Below, one piece after another: positions 1 through 10,825 of a stretch of 64,000 bases of DNA (its first letter is position 1; each line of letters begins with the position of its first letter). This DNA is from an uncultured Candidatus Entotheonella sp. GTDB taxonomy: Bacteria; Tectomicrobia; Entotheonellia; Entotheonellales; Entotheonellaceae. The DNA is taken from positions 1,152,001-1,216,000 of the forward strand of contig OZ244252.1 of NCBI GenBank assembly GCA_965217185.1, in the 5' to 3' direction. A model generated the notes under the pieces. That model ran no database searches. It saw only the letters and a list, made by a program, of their open reading frames with translations, and was not told where the DNA came from. The position numbers and the translations under genes were made by a program.

Positions 1-1776
1 TGGGTGCACGATTACCACCTGTTCCTGCTGCCCGACATGCTGCGCCAACGTTTCCCCGAGGCCAGAATCGGCTTTTTCCTGCATACCCCCTTCCCGCCTT
101 CCGAACTCTTTCGTGTGCTGCCCTGCCGCGAGGTGTTGTTGCGCGGTCTGCTGGGCGCTGACGTGGTGGGTTTCCAGACATTCAACAACCTGCAAAACTT
201 TCTGTACTCCGTGTACCGGGTGCTGGGTATTGCCGCCGACATGAACGCGCTGTCCTACGAAGGGCGGCCGGTGCATTGCGCGGTGCACCCGATCAGTGTC
301 GATCCCAAGCAGTTCCTCAAAGCGCTGGATTCGGACGCTGACACGCTTGGGGAGTCCCGGCGGTTGGATGAGGCGATGGGAGACCGCAAGGTCATCCTGG
401 GCATGGATCGTCTGGATTATTCCAAAGGCATTCCCGGACGGTTGCGCGCCTATCAGCGGCTGCTCGGGGCGCATCCCGAGTGGCGCGAGGCGGTGACCAT
501 GGTGCAGGTGGCGGTACCGTCCCGCGAGCAAGTAACGGCCTACCAGGACCTGCGGCGCCAGGTGGACGAGCTGGTGGGCGAGATCAACGGCACCTACGGC
601 ACCACCACCTGGACGCCGGTGCAATACGTGCATCGCAACCTGCCGTTTGCCGAGATTTGCGCCCTGCTGCGCCGGGCTGACATCGCGCTGATCACGCCGT
701 TGCGCGACGGCATGAACCTGGTCGCCAAGGAATACGTCGTGTGCCAGAAGGAGCGCGCCGGGGCGTTGATTCTCAGCGAGTTTGCCGGGGCCTCATCGGA
801 GTTGGGCGAGGCATTCTTCGTCAATCCCTACGACACCGAGGGCATGGCGGCGCGCATGCATGAAGTGCTGTCGTCGTCCGACGAGGCGCTGGCCGACAGG
901 ATGGGCGCGCTGCACCGGCGCGTTTGTGGGCATACGGTGCACGCCTGGGCGCAGAAGTTCCTTGACGAGTTGACGAGCGTGCAGACGCAGCATACGCCGT
1001 GCGCATTGAACGATACCGCCCAGCGGCGACTGCTCGTCGCCTACGCCAAGGCGGAAAAGCGCGTTTTGCTGCTGGGATATGACGGCGCGTCGTCCTCGTC
1101 CGTGGAACGCTGGTACCGCACCGCACCGGGTGCCGATCTGTTGGATGCCTTGCAGGTGTTAAGCCAGGACCCGTGCAATACGGTGGCGGTTTTGAGTGGG
1201 GAGGAACGCGGTAACATGGAGAACTGGTTCGGTTCGTGCGGCGCCGTTCTAGTGGCCGAGGAAGGCGGCTGGATTCGTGAAAGCCCGCAGGTGCCCTGGC
1301 GACAGACCTTGGCGGACTTGGATGATGATTGGAAGGCCACGGCAAGGCCGATTCTGGAGGACGCGGTGGCGCGCATTCCCGGTTCCGCGTTGGAAGAGAG
1401 GGGTCATTCGCTCGGCTGGCAGTATCATCTTGCCGACCCCGAATTCAGTTTGTGGCAGGCGCGCGAACTTTACGGTCAATTGCAAGCCATGCTGCTCGGC
1501 AGCGGTCTCCAGGTGCAGAGGGGTAACAAGCTGGTGGAGATCAAGTGGGCCGAAATTCACAAGGGTATGTTCGGCGCACAGATCATCGCCGCTGCCGGAG
1601 CGGATTTCATCATGGCCATAGGCGGGCAACCCTCCGACGAGGCTCTCTTTGAATCGGTGCCGCCGGAACAATGGACAGTCAAGACGGGGACGGGATTCTC
1701 CAGGGCGCAGTTCGTCCTGCCAACGACGGCCGATGCCGTCGCTCTGCTGCAAACGCTAGCTGAGCTTTCCGCGTAG
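1..1776 (+). CDS. otsA: Bifunctional trehalose-6-phosphate synthase/phosphatase (OtsA-OtsB fusion), 5' end outside window; phosphatase motifs degenerate
   Basis: GT20 motifs HDYHL, GFFLHTPFP, DRLDYSKG and DGMNLVAKEY, followed by a HAD-like TPP domain. Confidence 0.92.
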   Translation, partial: WVHDYHLFLLPDMLRQRFPEARIGFFLHTPFPPSELFRVLPCREVLLRGLLGADVVGFQTFNNLQNFLYSVYRVLGIAADMNALSYEGRPVHCAVHPISVDPKQFLKALDSDADTLGESRRLDEAMGDRKVILGMDRLDYSKGIPGRLRAYQRLLGAHPEWREAVTMVQVAVPSREQVTAYQDLRRQVDELVGEINGTYGTTTWTPVQYVHRNLPFAEICALLRRADIALITPLRDGMNLVAKEYVVCQKERAGALILSEFAGASSELGEAFFVNPYDTEGMAARMHEVLSSSDEALADRMGALHRRVCGHTVHAWAQKFLDELTSVQTQHTPCALNDTAQRRLLVAYAKAEKRVLLLGYDGASSSSVERWYRTAPGADLLDALQVLSQDPCNTVAVLSGEERGNMENWFGSCGAVLVAEEGGWIRESPQVPWRQTLADLDDDWKATARPILEDAVARIPGSALEERGHSLGWQYHLADPEFSLWQARELYGQLQAMLLGSGLQVQRGNKLVEIKWAEIHKGMFGAQIIAAAGADFIMAIGGQPSDEALFESVPPEQWTVKTGTGFSRAQFVLPTTADAVALLQTLAELSA

Positions 1777-1778
1777 GG

Positions 1779-2762
1779 TCAGGGCCGCAGCGTGTCGGCC
1801 ACCTGCATGTAATCTTCCAGACGCGGCAGCAGCAAGGGTGCATCGACACCGGCGGCACGGTACTCGGCGATGCGGGCCCTGCACGTTGCGGCGTCGCCGA
1901 TCAGGTAAAACGCTTCCACCATGTCATCGGTTATGAGTTCGGTCGCATCAGCATCGGGGCGCGACGCAGTGGCCCGAAGGGGCTTGAGGATGTCCGCGTC
2001 GAAACCGCCTTGCGCCAGCAGAATCTCTCCCACGTAGGGCTCGGCGAGGAGGCGCACCAAGCGCTGCTTGAGGCCGGGAAGGAGTGCTCCGGCGTCCGGC
2101 GTCAGCCGCACGACGAGCATGCAGGTAATATCGATGGCTTCGGGGTCGCGCCCCGCTTGGCGGGCGGCTTCCCGAATTTCTCGCACGGCATAGCGTACGT
2201 AGCCGGTCGGCACGTAAGCGTTGAGGATGACCCCGTCGGCAACGGCGCCGGCCAGCCGCAGGGCCTGCGGGCCCAGGGCGGCGAGATAGATGGGCATCCG
2301 CTGCTGCACGGGCAGGATGGCGAGGCGGGTGTCGCGCATGGTGACGTGCTCGCCGGTGGTGTCCACTCGGTTACCGCCGAGCAGGTCCCGGATGTTGCCG
2401 ACGGCCTCGGCAAGCACGGTGCGCGGCTGGCGGTAGTCGAGTCCCAGGCGGTCGCGAATGATGAAGGGTTCACTCCTCCCCATTCCCAGAATGAACCGCC
2501 CACCGGATACGCGATCCAGGGTCGCACTGGCCATCGCCAACAGGGCCGAATGCCGGGTGTACGGGTTGGTGACCCCTACCCCCAGTTTCAATCGTTTTGT
2601 TATCGCAGCCAGAAAGCCGAGAAGCGTGAAGGTTTCCTCGTGAAAGTAGCGCTCGGTCACCCACAACGACTCGTACCCTGCCGTTTCTGCCGCGCGGGCA
2701 TACGATTCCAGCGCCGCGCCGCTCTCGATACCGTGATAGAGCACCATGCCGAGTCGAGCCAT
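1779..2762 (-). CDS. LLM-class (luciferase-like, probably F420-dependent) oxidoreductase
   Basis: LGVGVTNPYTRH, TLDRVSGGRFILGMG, PIYLAALGP..L.LAG..ADG. Confidence 0.88.
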   Translation of the reverse strand: MARLGMVLYHGIESGAALESYARAAETAGYESLWVTERYFHEETFTLLGFLAAITKRLKLGVGVTNPYTRHSALLAMASATLDRVSGGRFILGMGRSEPFIIRDRLGLDYRQPRTVLAEAVGNIRDLLGGNRVDTTGEHVTMRDTRLAILPVQQRMPIYLAALGPQALRLAGAVADGVILNAYVPTGYVRYAVREIREAARQAGRDPEAIDITCMLVVRLTPDAGALLPGLKQRLVRLLAEPYVGEILLAQGGFDADILKPLRATASRPDADATELITDDMVEAFYLIGDAATCRARIAEYRAAGVDAPLLLPRLEDYMQVADTLRP

Positions 2763-2883
2763 GTGATTTCTCCCCTACAAAGCTTGCTAGCCAGAGTCCG
2801 CTGCGATAGGTGTGGTGACGTGTATTTGTTATTATACCGACCATCTATATGCCCGTTATTCCCAGAGACTGGAGTGAGCCGCG

Positions 2884-4437
2884 TTGATGGATAGCCGTAT
2901 CGGTGTTGCCGACGGACTGGATTTGTTGATGAACGTGATGCCCACGCGCATTCGGGTAGCTCTGGAAAGCCATCCGCAGCGCGAGGACCTGCTGGAGGTC
3001 GTGCTTGATTTGGGACGGCTGCCAGAGGCGCGTTTTACGGATTCTAAAGAGGCGCTGTCGCAGACACAGGTGATTCGCGAGGACCTGGACCACGTGACGG
3101 CGCATGTAGGGGCGTTCGGCCAGGATAACCGCGCCGGCATTGAGCGCACCCTGCATCGCATTTCGGCCATCCGCAACCGTGCCGGAGCCATCGTTGGCCT
3201 GACCTGCCGGGTCGGGCGCGCCCTGTTCGGCACGGTGGCCATCCTGCGCGACGTGATCGAAAGCGGCAAGTCGATGCTGCTGTTGGGACGGCCCGGTGTC
3301 GGCAAGACAACGCTGCTCCGCGAAGCTGCCCGGGTGCTGGCGGACGAGGCGGGCAAGCGCGTGGTCATTGTCGACACGTCCAATGAAATTGCCGGCGACG
3401 GCGATATCCCGCACCCCGGCATCGGGCAGGCGCGGCGCATGCAGGTGCCGACGCCGAGCTCGCAGCACGCGGTGATGATCGAGGCAGTGGAGAATCACAT
3501 GCCGGAGGTGATCGTCATCGACGAAATCGGCGCCGAAGCGGAGGCGCTGGCCGCCCGCACGATTGCCGAGCGCGGCGTGCAGCTCATCGCCACGGCGCAC
3601 GGCAACACCCTTGAAAATCTCATCCGCAATCCCACCCTTGCCGATCTCGTTGGCGGCGTTCAGGCCGTTACCCTTTCTGACGAAGAAGCGCGCCGCCGCC
3701 GCACCCGCAAGACCGTTCTGGAGCGTAAGGCACCGCCGACGTTCGACGTGCTGATTGAAATTCAGGAACGCGACCGCTTGGCCGTGCATCACGACGTGGC
3801 GCAGGTGGTGGACGGGCTGCTGCGCGGCCACGGCCACGGCCCGGAATTGCGTGTGCGGAAAGCGGAGGGCGGCTTTGAGGTGGTGCCGCCGTCGGTTCCT
3901 ATTCTGCAGGAGCCGCACTATCCGGACGCGCCGCCTCCACCCCGCCGGCAGCACCATCGCATCTTTCCCTATGCCGTGGATCGCGGGCGCTTGCAGAGGG
4001 CCATTCAAAACAGTCGGGTGGCGGCCTCGGTGGTCGACGACCTCGATCAAGCCGACGTGGTTCTGACGCTGAAATCTCAGGAGAAACGCCAGCCCAAGCG
4101 CCTGCAGGAAGCGCGCGCCCGCGGCATGCCCTTCTACAGCATCCGACACAACACGGCCACACAGATGGAGTTGTTCCTCGCCGAGGTCGGCCACCGTGCC
4201 GAGGGGCGCGACCATCGTGCCAATAAGCAGGACCGCAGCCATCAGACGGAGATGGCCCGGCTGGAAGCGGAGGCCGCCGCGCATGAGGTCATGGCCAGCG
4301 GCCGCCCGGTGGAGTTGGCGCCGCGCAATGCCTACCTGCGGCGGGTGCAGCACGAACTCGCGGGGCTGTATGAACTGAATTCGGAAAGCAAGGACATCGA
4401 GCCGTATCGCCGCGTCATCATTTATCCAAGGGCTTGA
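2884..4437 (+). CDS. Ycf45/SpoIIIAA-like AAA ATPase with C-terminal R3H domain
   Basis: Walker [38 protein letters not shown]-terminal RRVQH R3H motif. Confidence 0.88.
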   Translation: MMDSRIGVADGLDLLMNVMPTRIRVALESHPQREDLLEVVLDLGRLPEARFTDSKEALSQTQVIREDLDHVTAHVGAFGQDNRAGIERTLHRISAIRNRAGAIVGLTCRVGRALFGTVAILRDVIESGKSMLLLGRPGVGKTTLLREAARVLADEAGKRVVIVDTSNEIAGDGDIPHPGIGQARRMQVPTPSSQHAVMIEAVENHMPEVIVIDEIGAEAEALAARTIAERGVQLIATAHGNTLENLIRNPTLADLVGGVQAVTLSDEEARRRRTRKTVLERKAPPTFDVLIEIQERDRLAVHHDVAQVVDGLLRGHGHGPELRVRKAEGGFEVVPPSVPILQEPHYPDAPPPPRRQHHRIFPYAVDRGRLQRAIQNSRVAASVVDDLDQADVVLTLKSQEKRQPKRLQEARARGMPFYSIRHNTATQMELFLAEVGHRAEGRDHRANKQDRSHQTEMARLEAEAAAHEVMASGRPVELAPRNAYLRRVQHELAGLYELNSESKDIEPYRRVIIYPRA

Positions 4438-4454
4438 AAGGATACAGGGGCATC

Positions 4455-5621
4455 ATGGTAGACATTCACATCACCCTCACCGAGGAGCAACTGGCGCTGA
4501 AAAAGGCTGTCGCGGATTTGTGCCAGCTCTACCCGGGGCCGTACTGGCGGGAATTGGACGCCAAGCGCGAGTATCCCGAGGCGTTTGTGCAGGAGCTGAG
4601 CAAGGCGGGCTACCTCGCTGCGCTGATCCCGGAAGCATACGGCGGCAGCGGCCTGGGCATCCTCGAGGGCGGTCTGATTCTGGAGGAGATCAATCGTTCC
4701 GGCGGCAACGCAGCGGCCTGCCACGCGCAAATGTACATCATGGGGACGCTGCTGCGGCATGGCTCGGATGATCAGAAGGCACGCTATCTGCCGCAGATCG
4801 CCAGCGGTGTGCTGCGGCTGCAGGCGTTCGGGGTGACGGAACCGAATTCCGGCTCCGATACGACGCAATTGCAAACGACGGCGGTGCGGCAGGGCGACAC
4901 GTACGTGGTCAACGGTCAGAAAATCTTCATTTCGCGTGTCATGCAGTCGGATCTGATGCTGTTGCTGGCCCGCACGACGCCGCTTGGCGAGGTTCGCAAG
5001 CGCACGGACGGGCTGTCCGTGTTTCTGATCGACATCCGGGACCTGCCAGGCTTTGAGGCGCGGCCCCTGCACACGATGCTGAACCACTCCACCAACGTGC
5101 TGTTTTTCGACGACGTGGAAATCCCGGTGGACAGCTTGGTCGGTGTCGAGGGCAAGGGGTTTTCGCATATCCTGGACGGTATGAACGCGGAGCGCGTGCT
5201 GGTGGCATCGCAGTCGGTCGGCGACGGGCGCTGGTTCGTGGAGAAGGCGTCGCAGTACGCCAACGATCGCGTCATTTTCGGCAAGCCGATCGGCACCAAC
5301 CAGGGGGTGCAATTTCCGATTGCCAAGGCGCACATGGCCGTCGAGGCGGCGGACCTGATGCGTCTCAAGGCGGCGGCGATGTTCGACGCCGGCGAGCCGT
5401 GCGGCCCGGAGGCCAACATGGCGAAATACCTGTCGGCTGAGGCGGCCTGGGAGGCGGCCAACGCCTGCCTGGACTGCCACGGCGGCTACGGCTTTGCGTC
5501 GGAGTACGACGTGGAGCGCAAGTTCCGCGAGACGCGCCTGTACAAGACGGCGCCGGTCAACAACAACCTGGTGCTGGCCTACGTTGGGCAGCACGTGCTG
5601 GGGATGCCGCGCTCTTACTGA
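4455..5621 (+). CDS. Acyl-CoA dehydrogenase
   Basis: FGVTEPNSGSD, VNGQKIFIS, HGGYGFASEYDVER. Confidence 0.92.
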   Translation: MVDIHITLTEEQLALKKAVADLCQLYPGPYWRELDAKREYPEAFVQELSKAGYLAALIPEAYGGSGLGILEGGLILEEINRSGGNAAACHAQMYIMGTLLRHGSDDQKARYLPQIASGVLRLQAFGVTEPNSGSDTTQLQTTAVRQGDTYVVNGQKIFISRVMQSDLMLLLARTTPLGEVRKRTDGLSVFLIDIRDLPGFEARPLHTMLNHSTNVLFFDDVEIPVDSLVGVEGKGFSHILDGMNAERVLVASQSVGDGRWFVEKASQYANDRVIFGKPIGTNQGVQFPIAKAHMAVEAADLMRLKAAAMFDAGEPCGPEANMAKYLSAEAAWEAANACLDCHGGYGFASEYDVERKFRETRLYKTAPVNNNLVLAYVGQHVLGMPRSY

Positions 5622-5649
5622 CGACGGCTTTTCATCATGAGGAAACGAT

Positions 5650-6597
5650 ATGTCGATGCCAGAGCGAGTTGCGATTTGCGAGGTGGGAACGCGGGACGGG
5701 TTCCAGATCGAGCCGGTGTTCATTGCCACCGAGACGAAGATCGATATGGTGAATCGCCTCACCGCGGCGGGTCTGCCGCGCATTGAGGTCACGTCGTTTG
5801 TGCACCCCAAGGCGGTGCCGCAGATGCGGGACGCTGCCGAGGTGATGGCGGGCATCGAGCGCCGGCCGGGCACTGTGTATGCCGCTTTGATTCCTAACGA
5901 GAAGGGTGCCGTTCGGGCCATCGAGGCGGGGGTAGACAAGCTGCACACGGTGCTGTCGGCGAGTGAGAGCCACAATCTGGCCAACGTCAACATGACGGTC
6001 GCCGAGTCGCTGGACAAGCTGGCCGCGGTGGCGCCGGTGGCGCACGACGCCGGCATCCCGGTGCAGGGTGGTATCTCGACGGCTTTCGGTTGCCCGTTTG
6101 AGGGACGTATTCCGTTGGAGAGGCTGGAGTCCATCGCGGCGCGGCTGGTAGATATGGGCTTCCAGGGCATCAGCCTGGCGGACACGACGGGCATGGCCAA
6201 TCCAGCGCAGGTGCAAAGGATTCTGGAATACCTGATGCCCAAGTTTCCGGGCATCGAGTGGAACCTGCATACCCACAACACGCGGGGCTTGGCGATCCCC
6301 AACATCTTGGCCGCCATGTCGTGTGGCGTGCAGTCTTTCGACTCATCGGTGGCGGGACTAGGCGGCTGTCCGTTTGCCCCCGGTGCGACCGGCAACGTCT
6401 GCACCGAAGACTTGGTGCATTGCCTGCACGCCATGGACGTCGAGACAGGGATCGACCTCGACGAGTTGGTCGCCGCGGCGCAGCGTCTCGAGGAGGTGAT
6501 CGGCCGCCCGTTGCCGGGGCAGGTTATGAAGGCGGGGCCGTGGGACCGCCGCTACGCCCTGCCGCACGCGGTTGAAGAACGTCTCGCTGCGCTCTGA
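5650..6597 (+). CDS. Hydroxymethylglutaryl-CoA lyase family protein
   Basis: EVGTRDGFQ, LADTTG, HTHNTRG, GLGGCPFAPGATGN. Confidence 0.92.
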   Translation: MSMPERVAICEVGTRDGFQIEPVFIATETKIDMVNRLTAAGLPRIEVTSFVHPKAVPQMRDAAEVMAGIERRPGTVYAALIPNEKGAVRAIEAGVDKLHTVLSASESHNLANVNMTVAESLDKLAAVAPVAHDAGIPVQGGISTAFGCPFEGRIPLERLESIAARLVDMGFQGISLADTTGMANPAQVQRILEYLMPKFPGIEWNLHTHNTRGLAIPNILAAMSCGVQSFDSSVAGLGGCPFAPGATGNVCTEDLVHCLHAMDVETGIDLDELVAAAQRLEEVIGRPLPGQVMKAGPWDRRYALPHAVEERLAAL

Positions 6598-6610
6598 TGC
6601 GCGCTGTGCT

Positions 6611-7411
6611 TTATCTTCCTGTGAAACTAGGTGCCCGGCGTTCCGTGAATGAGGCCCGCGACTCCTCGACGTCATGCGGCGCGCGGCGCGCCAGGATCAG
6701 CCCGTAGGATTCGTGGCGCAGTTGCGCTTCCAGGTCGGCCTCCATGCTCTGCTGCAGGACGCGGCGGGCGGTTTGCATGGCCACCGGCGGCCAGGAGGCG
6801 ATCTGCCGTGCCACCGCCAGGGCCTCGTCCAGAAGGTTCTCGGCAGGCACCAGGCGGTCGAGCAGGCCGATACGATGCGCTTCCTCGGCTTCCACGAAGC
6901 GGCTGGTGTAGATCAGGTCACAAGCGCGGCTGTATCCGACGATGCGCGGCAGGAAGAACGACATGCCGGAGTCGGGGCTCAGGCTGCGTTCGAGGAACAC
7001 AGTCTTGAAGCGCGTGAGCGGCGAGCCGACGCGCAGGTCGCAGGCCAATGCCAGGGACATGCCGGCCCCTGCCGCCACGCCGTTGACCGCGGCTACGATG
7101 GGCTTGTCCAGGGTGCGGTAGACGGCCATGGCTTGGCGTCCGGTCCAGCCGTACATGTCGAGGCGCTCCTGACGGCTGCCGATGTCGTCCGTGGCGGTCG
7201 GCGCGGCGCGTAGATCGACGCCGGAGCAGAATCCCCTTCCCTCTCCCGTGAGAACCACGGCCCAGATGTCGTCGTTATGGCGTATATCCTGACAGGCCTG
7301 CTCCAGTTCTTGGCGTAGTTCCGGGCTGAGGGCGTTCAGTCGGTCGGGGCGGTTCAAGGTCAAAATGGCGATTTTATCCTGCCGTTCGATCCGTAAAACG
7401 TGATCGGACAT
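6611..7411 (-). CDS. Enoyl-CoA hydratase/isomerase
   Basis: LNRPDRLNAL, FCSGVDL, AAVNGVAAGAGMSLALACD. Confidence 0.92.
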   Translation of the reverse strand: MSDHVLRIERQDKIAILTLNRPDRLNALSPELRQELEQACQDIRHNDDIWAVVLTGEGRGFCSGVDLRAAPTATDDIGSRQERLDMYGWTGRQAMAVYRTLDKPIVAAVNGVAAGAGMSLALACDLRVGSPLTRFKTVFLERSLSPDSGMSFFLPRIVGYSRACDLIYTSRFVEAEEAHRIGLLDRLVPAENLLDEALAVARQIASWPPVAMQTARRVLQQSMEADLEAQLRHESYGLILARRAPHDVEESRASFTERRAPSFTGR

Positions 7412-7512
7412 GTGCGTTCCTTCGGTTGCGCTGGTGCAGTGCTGAGACTATTTCCAGATGAGAAGGGACCCATTTTAGCACGCGATACGGTGCGAGCCGT
7501 GGAGATCAACTG

Positions 7513-8652
7513 ATGCAAGAAAGACCGAACACGCGGATTACCGACGTGCGATTGATTCGTTTGCGGACGGAGCGCGAGGTGGGCGTCGTCGAGCCGGCGT
7601 GGGACCCCGGCGGCACCTGGCCGCTTCGCGTCGGCGGCGGCGCGTACGTCGAGGTGCACACCGACGCCGGGCTTGTGGGCATCGGGCCCGGTTGCAGCGC
7701 CGCCCTGCTGCCCGCGGTGCGGCAACAGTTGGTGGGCCAGGATCCGTTCGACATTGAGCGGCATGACGCCGTACTTGGCTACTACGCGGCGGGTCTGCCC
7801 TACGCGGGCCCCGCCGGGGTAGACATTGCGCTGTGGGACGTGATCGGCAAGCTCTGCGGCCAGCCGCTGTACAAGCTTTGGGGCGGCGGGCGCGACCGGG
7901 TGGTGCCCTACGCCAGCCTGATGCGGCTTTCCAACCCCGAGGAGCGGGCGCAGCAGGCGGCTACCTTGCGACAGGCCGGTTGGCGGGCGCTGAAGGTACG
8001 GCTTCACCACGAAACGATGCAGGAAGACATTCGTACCGTCGAAGCCGTGCGGGAGGCGGTGGGCGATGACATGGCGATCATGGTGGACGCCAACCAGGCG
8101 CAATCCGCCGGGGGCTGGCAGCCCGGCGTGCGCTGGGATTTTCGCCGTGCCGTCGAGACCGCCCGCGTCCTGCAAACCCTCCGCTGTACGTGGCTGGAAG
8201 AACCCCTGCCCCGCTTCGCTTTCGACCAGTTGGCGGAACTGAGGCGGCGCGTCGAGCTGCCGATTGCAGGGGGCGAGAACAACACTGGCCTGCACGAATT
8301 CCGGCACATGCTGCAACACGAGGTGTACGACATCCTGCAACCCGAATGCCTCGTCCTCGAAGGCATCTCCACCGTCCGCAAGGTCGGCGTCCTGGCCGGT
8401 GCCTTCGGCAAGCAGGTCGTTCCCCACCACGGCGCCTGGGACCTCGGCCTCATCGCCCACCTGCATTTTGTTGCGTCCTGCCCTCATGCGCCCTATCTGG
8501 AAATCCTCCACGACCCGCCGATTGGCGACTACCGCAACGGCTTTGCCGTTTTGCAAGACCCGCCCGTCGTCGGCCCGGACGGTTGCCTCGCCGTTCCTCA
8601 AGCCCCCGGTCTTGGCGTCAAATTGCGGCAGGACCTGATCGAGGCGTCCTAA
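7513..8652 (+). CDS. Mandelate racemase/muconate lactonizing enzyme family protein
   Basis: VDIALWD, MVDANQ, WLEEP, IAGGE, PGLG. Confidence 0.9.
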   Translation: MQERPNTRITDVRLIRLRTEREVGVVEPAWDPGGTWPLRVGGGAYVEVHTDAGLVGIGPGCSAALLPAVRQQLVGQDPFDIERHDAVLGYYAAGLPYAGPAGVDIALWDVIGKLCGQPLYKLWGGGRDRVVPYASLMRLSNPEERAQQAATLRQAGWRALKVRLHHETMQEDIRTVEAVREAVGDDMAIMVDANQAQSAGGWQPGVRWDFRRAVETARVLQTLRCTWLEEPLPRFAFDQLAELRRRVELPIAGGENNTGLHEFRHMLQHEVYDILQPECLVLEGISTVRKVGVLAGAFGKQVVPHHGAWDLGLIAHLHFVASCPHAPYLEILHDPPIGDYRNGFAVLQDPPVVGPDGCLAVPQAPGLGVKLRQDLIEAS

Positions 8653-8850
8653 GCCTGCACTCCAGTACATGCCTACCTTCTGATTTCACGGAATTCAAAC
8701 ACGCCGAAAACAATGATTTATCAGCACCGGGGTAGGTGGGGAGTCAGCGATTTCTCTCACTCCAACTTTCCCCGAGGGTGAGAAGGAGAGGCAAGTTCCT
8801 TGCCTGAAATCCATCCCGCCATTTGATCACCAAAGTGTGAGGAGACCATC

Positions 8851-10698
8851 ATGAAAAGACTGCCGGCCCTCCTGACGGCATTATTGGCGGTGCCCGCGGA
8901 CGCCCGGGCTGCAGCGTTTCCGGACGAGGCGCTCGCTTTGGCCGGAACCTTCTACGGCTGGGCAAGCCTTGTAATCTTCATCGCCGCCTATTCGCTGGTG
9001 CCGCTGGAAAACCGCCTCGAAATGCGCAAGAGCAAGCCGGTGCTCATCGCCGCCGGGTTGATATGGATCCTGGTCGCCCTGGCCTGGGCTGGCACCGGGC
9101 AGTCCTACCGCGCCGAGGACGCCATCCTGCACGGCCTGACCGAGTACGTCGAGTTGCTCCTGTTTCTGCTGCCTGCGATGACCTATATCAATGCCCTGGA
9201 GGAGCGCGACGTGTTCCAGTGGCTGCGTGCGTTCCTGGTATCGCGCGGCTATTCGCTGCGGCGCGTTTTCTGGACCACCGGCGCCCTCGCCTTCCTGCTC
9301 TCACCGATCGCCGACAACCTCACCACCGCGTTGTTGCTGGGCGCCGTAGTCGTGGCGGTCGGCGGCGACAATCGCAAATTCGTCACCCTGGCCTGCATCA
9401 ACGTCGTGGTTGCGGCGAATGCCGGCGGCGCCTTCTCGCCATTCGGCGACATCACCACCCTGATGGTGTGGCAGAAGCAGAAGGTGGCGTTTCAGGAGTT
9501 CTTCATGATCATCGTTCCGTCCGTGATCAACTGGCTGGTGCCGGCCCTGGTCATGCACTTTGCGGTGTCGGACGGCATGCCCGAGGCAGGCAGCGATAAG
9601 GTTGTGATGAAGCACGGGGCCAAAGTGATGATAGCGCTTTTCGTGGCTACCGTGGCGACCGCAGTATGGTTTCACGTTTTTCTGGGCCTGCCGGCGTCGG
9701 CGGGGATGATGCTGGGGTTGGGTTACCTGGGCGCTTTCTCCTACTACCTCAAGAAACGGGAAGGCCGGCTATATCTCTACGGCACCCTGCTTGGCGCGCG
9801 TTCCGACGAAAGCCTCAACCCGCTGCGCCTGCTGCGCCGCCGCGGTAAGGACCTCGGCCGCTATCTTGAGAGCCAGCCCTACCCCGCTTTCATGATCGAC
9901 ACCGATCACACCGTCGTGTACTGGAATTCGGCGCTGGAACGCCTGACAGGATACCCCGCAGCGGAGATGGTCGGCACCCGCAACCAGTGGAAACCGTTTT
10001 ACGACAAGGCGCGCTCGTCGCTTTCCGATCTCGTGCTGGACGGCAGGGACAGGGATATCAGGCGACGCTACGACCATCCGCACCGGCATGAACTCGCCGG
10101 GGACAGCAGCTACGAAGCCGCCCGGTATTTCGACAACCTCGGCGACGACGGCCGCTATCTCCTGTTCAGCGCCGCCCCCGTTACGGACGAGGATGGAAAG
10201 CTGGTGGGGGCGGTGGAACTATTCGAGGACGTAACCGAACACCGGCGGCAGGTGCACAACTTCGACGTCATGGAGCGCATCGCGCACGTCCAATGGGACA
10301 CCCTGCTGTTTTTCTACGGCGTCATTCTATGCGTGGCCGGCCTGGGCGAATTCGGGTATCTGACCCTGGTCTCGGGAACCCTTTACACCGACCTTGGCCC
10401 TACCCTCGCCAACACGCTGGTTGGTGTGCTATCGGCCGTCATCGACAACGTGCCGGTGATGTTCGCGGTCCTGAGCATGGACCCCGATATGTCACTAGGC
10501 CAGTGGCAACTCGTCACGCTGACCGCGGGCACGGGCGGCAGCCTGCTGGCTATCGGCTCCGCCGCCGGCGTCGCGTTGCTGGGAACTGCGAGAGGGTTCT
10601 ATACCTTTGGCGGGCACCTCAAATGGACGCCGGTGATTGCCTTGGGGTACGTATTGAGCATTCTCAGCCATCTGTGGTTGAACATGCGGCCGATGTGA
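8851..10698 (+). CDS. nhaD: NhaD-type Na+/H+ antiporter with internal PAS domain
   Basis: KSKP, MTYINALEER, SPIADNLTTAL, NAGGAFSPFGDITT, SAVIDNVP, GGSLLAIGSAAGV; PAS-like insert at ~9850-10250. Confidence 0.9.
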   Translation: MKRLPALLTALLAVPADARAAAFPDEALALAGTFYGWASLVIFIAAYSLVPLENRLEMRKSKPVLIAAGLIWILVALAWAGTGQSYRAEDAILHGLTEYVELLLFLLPAMTYINALEERDVFQWLRAFLVSRGYSLRRVFWTTGALAFLLSPIADNLTTALLLGAVVVAVGGDNRKFVTLACINVVVAANAGGAFSPFGDITTLMVWQKQKVAFQEFFMIIVPSVINWLVPALVMHFAVSDGMPEAGSDKVVMKHGAKVMIALFVATVATAVWFHVFLGLPASAGMMLGLGYLGAFSYYLKKREGRLYLYGTLLGARSDESLNPLRLLRRRGKDLGRYLESQPYPAFMIDTDHTVVYWNSALERLTGYPAAEMVGTRNQWKPFYDKARSSLSDLVLDGRDRDIRRRYDHPHRHELAGDSSYEAARYFDNLGDDGRYLLFSAAPVTDEDGKLVGAVELFEDVTEHRRQVHNFDVMERIAHVQWDTLLFFYGVILCVAGLGEFGYLTLVSGTLYTDLGPTLANTLVGVLSAVIDNVPVMFAVLSMDPDMSLGQWQLVTLTAGTGGSLLAIGSAAGVALLGTARGFYTFGGHLKWTPVIALGYVLSILSHLWLNMRPM

Positions 10699-10757
10699 GG
10701 CGCTTTCCATCTTTCCGATAACCCTGCCAATGCGTTCAAACTGTGCCTATGGGTATG

Positions 10758-10792
10758 AAAAAAGGCCGTCCCGCGCTGTCCGGAACGGCCTT
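10758..10792 (-). terminator. Probable intrinsic terminator downstream of relE
   Basis: AAGGCCGT...ACGGCCTT stem with an A6 run (T6 on the minus strand). Confidence 0.55.
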
Positions 10793-10825
10793 GGCACCTT
10801 GTCTTGCCCTAGGTGGGATAGAGAT

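Noticed and set aside
2845..8670. Long antisense ORFs (2845-4353, 4422-6434, 7360-8670 and similar ones throughout)
   Set aside because: Shadow frames of high-GC genes with no recognisable motifs.
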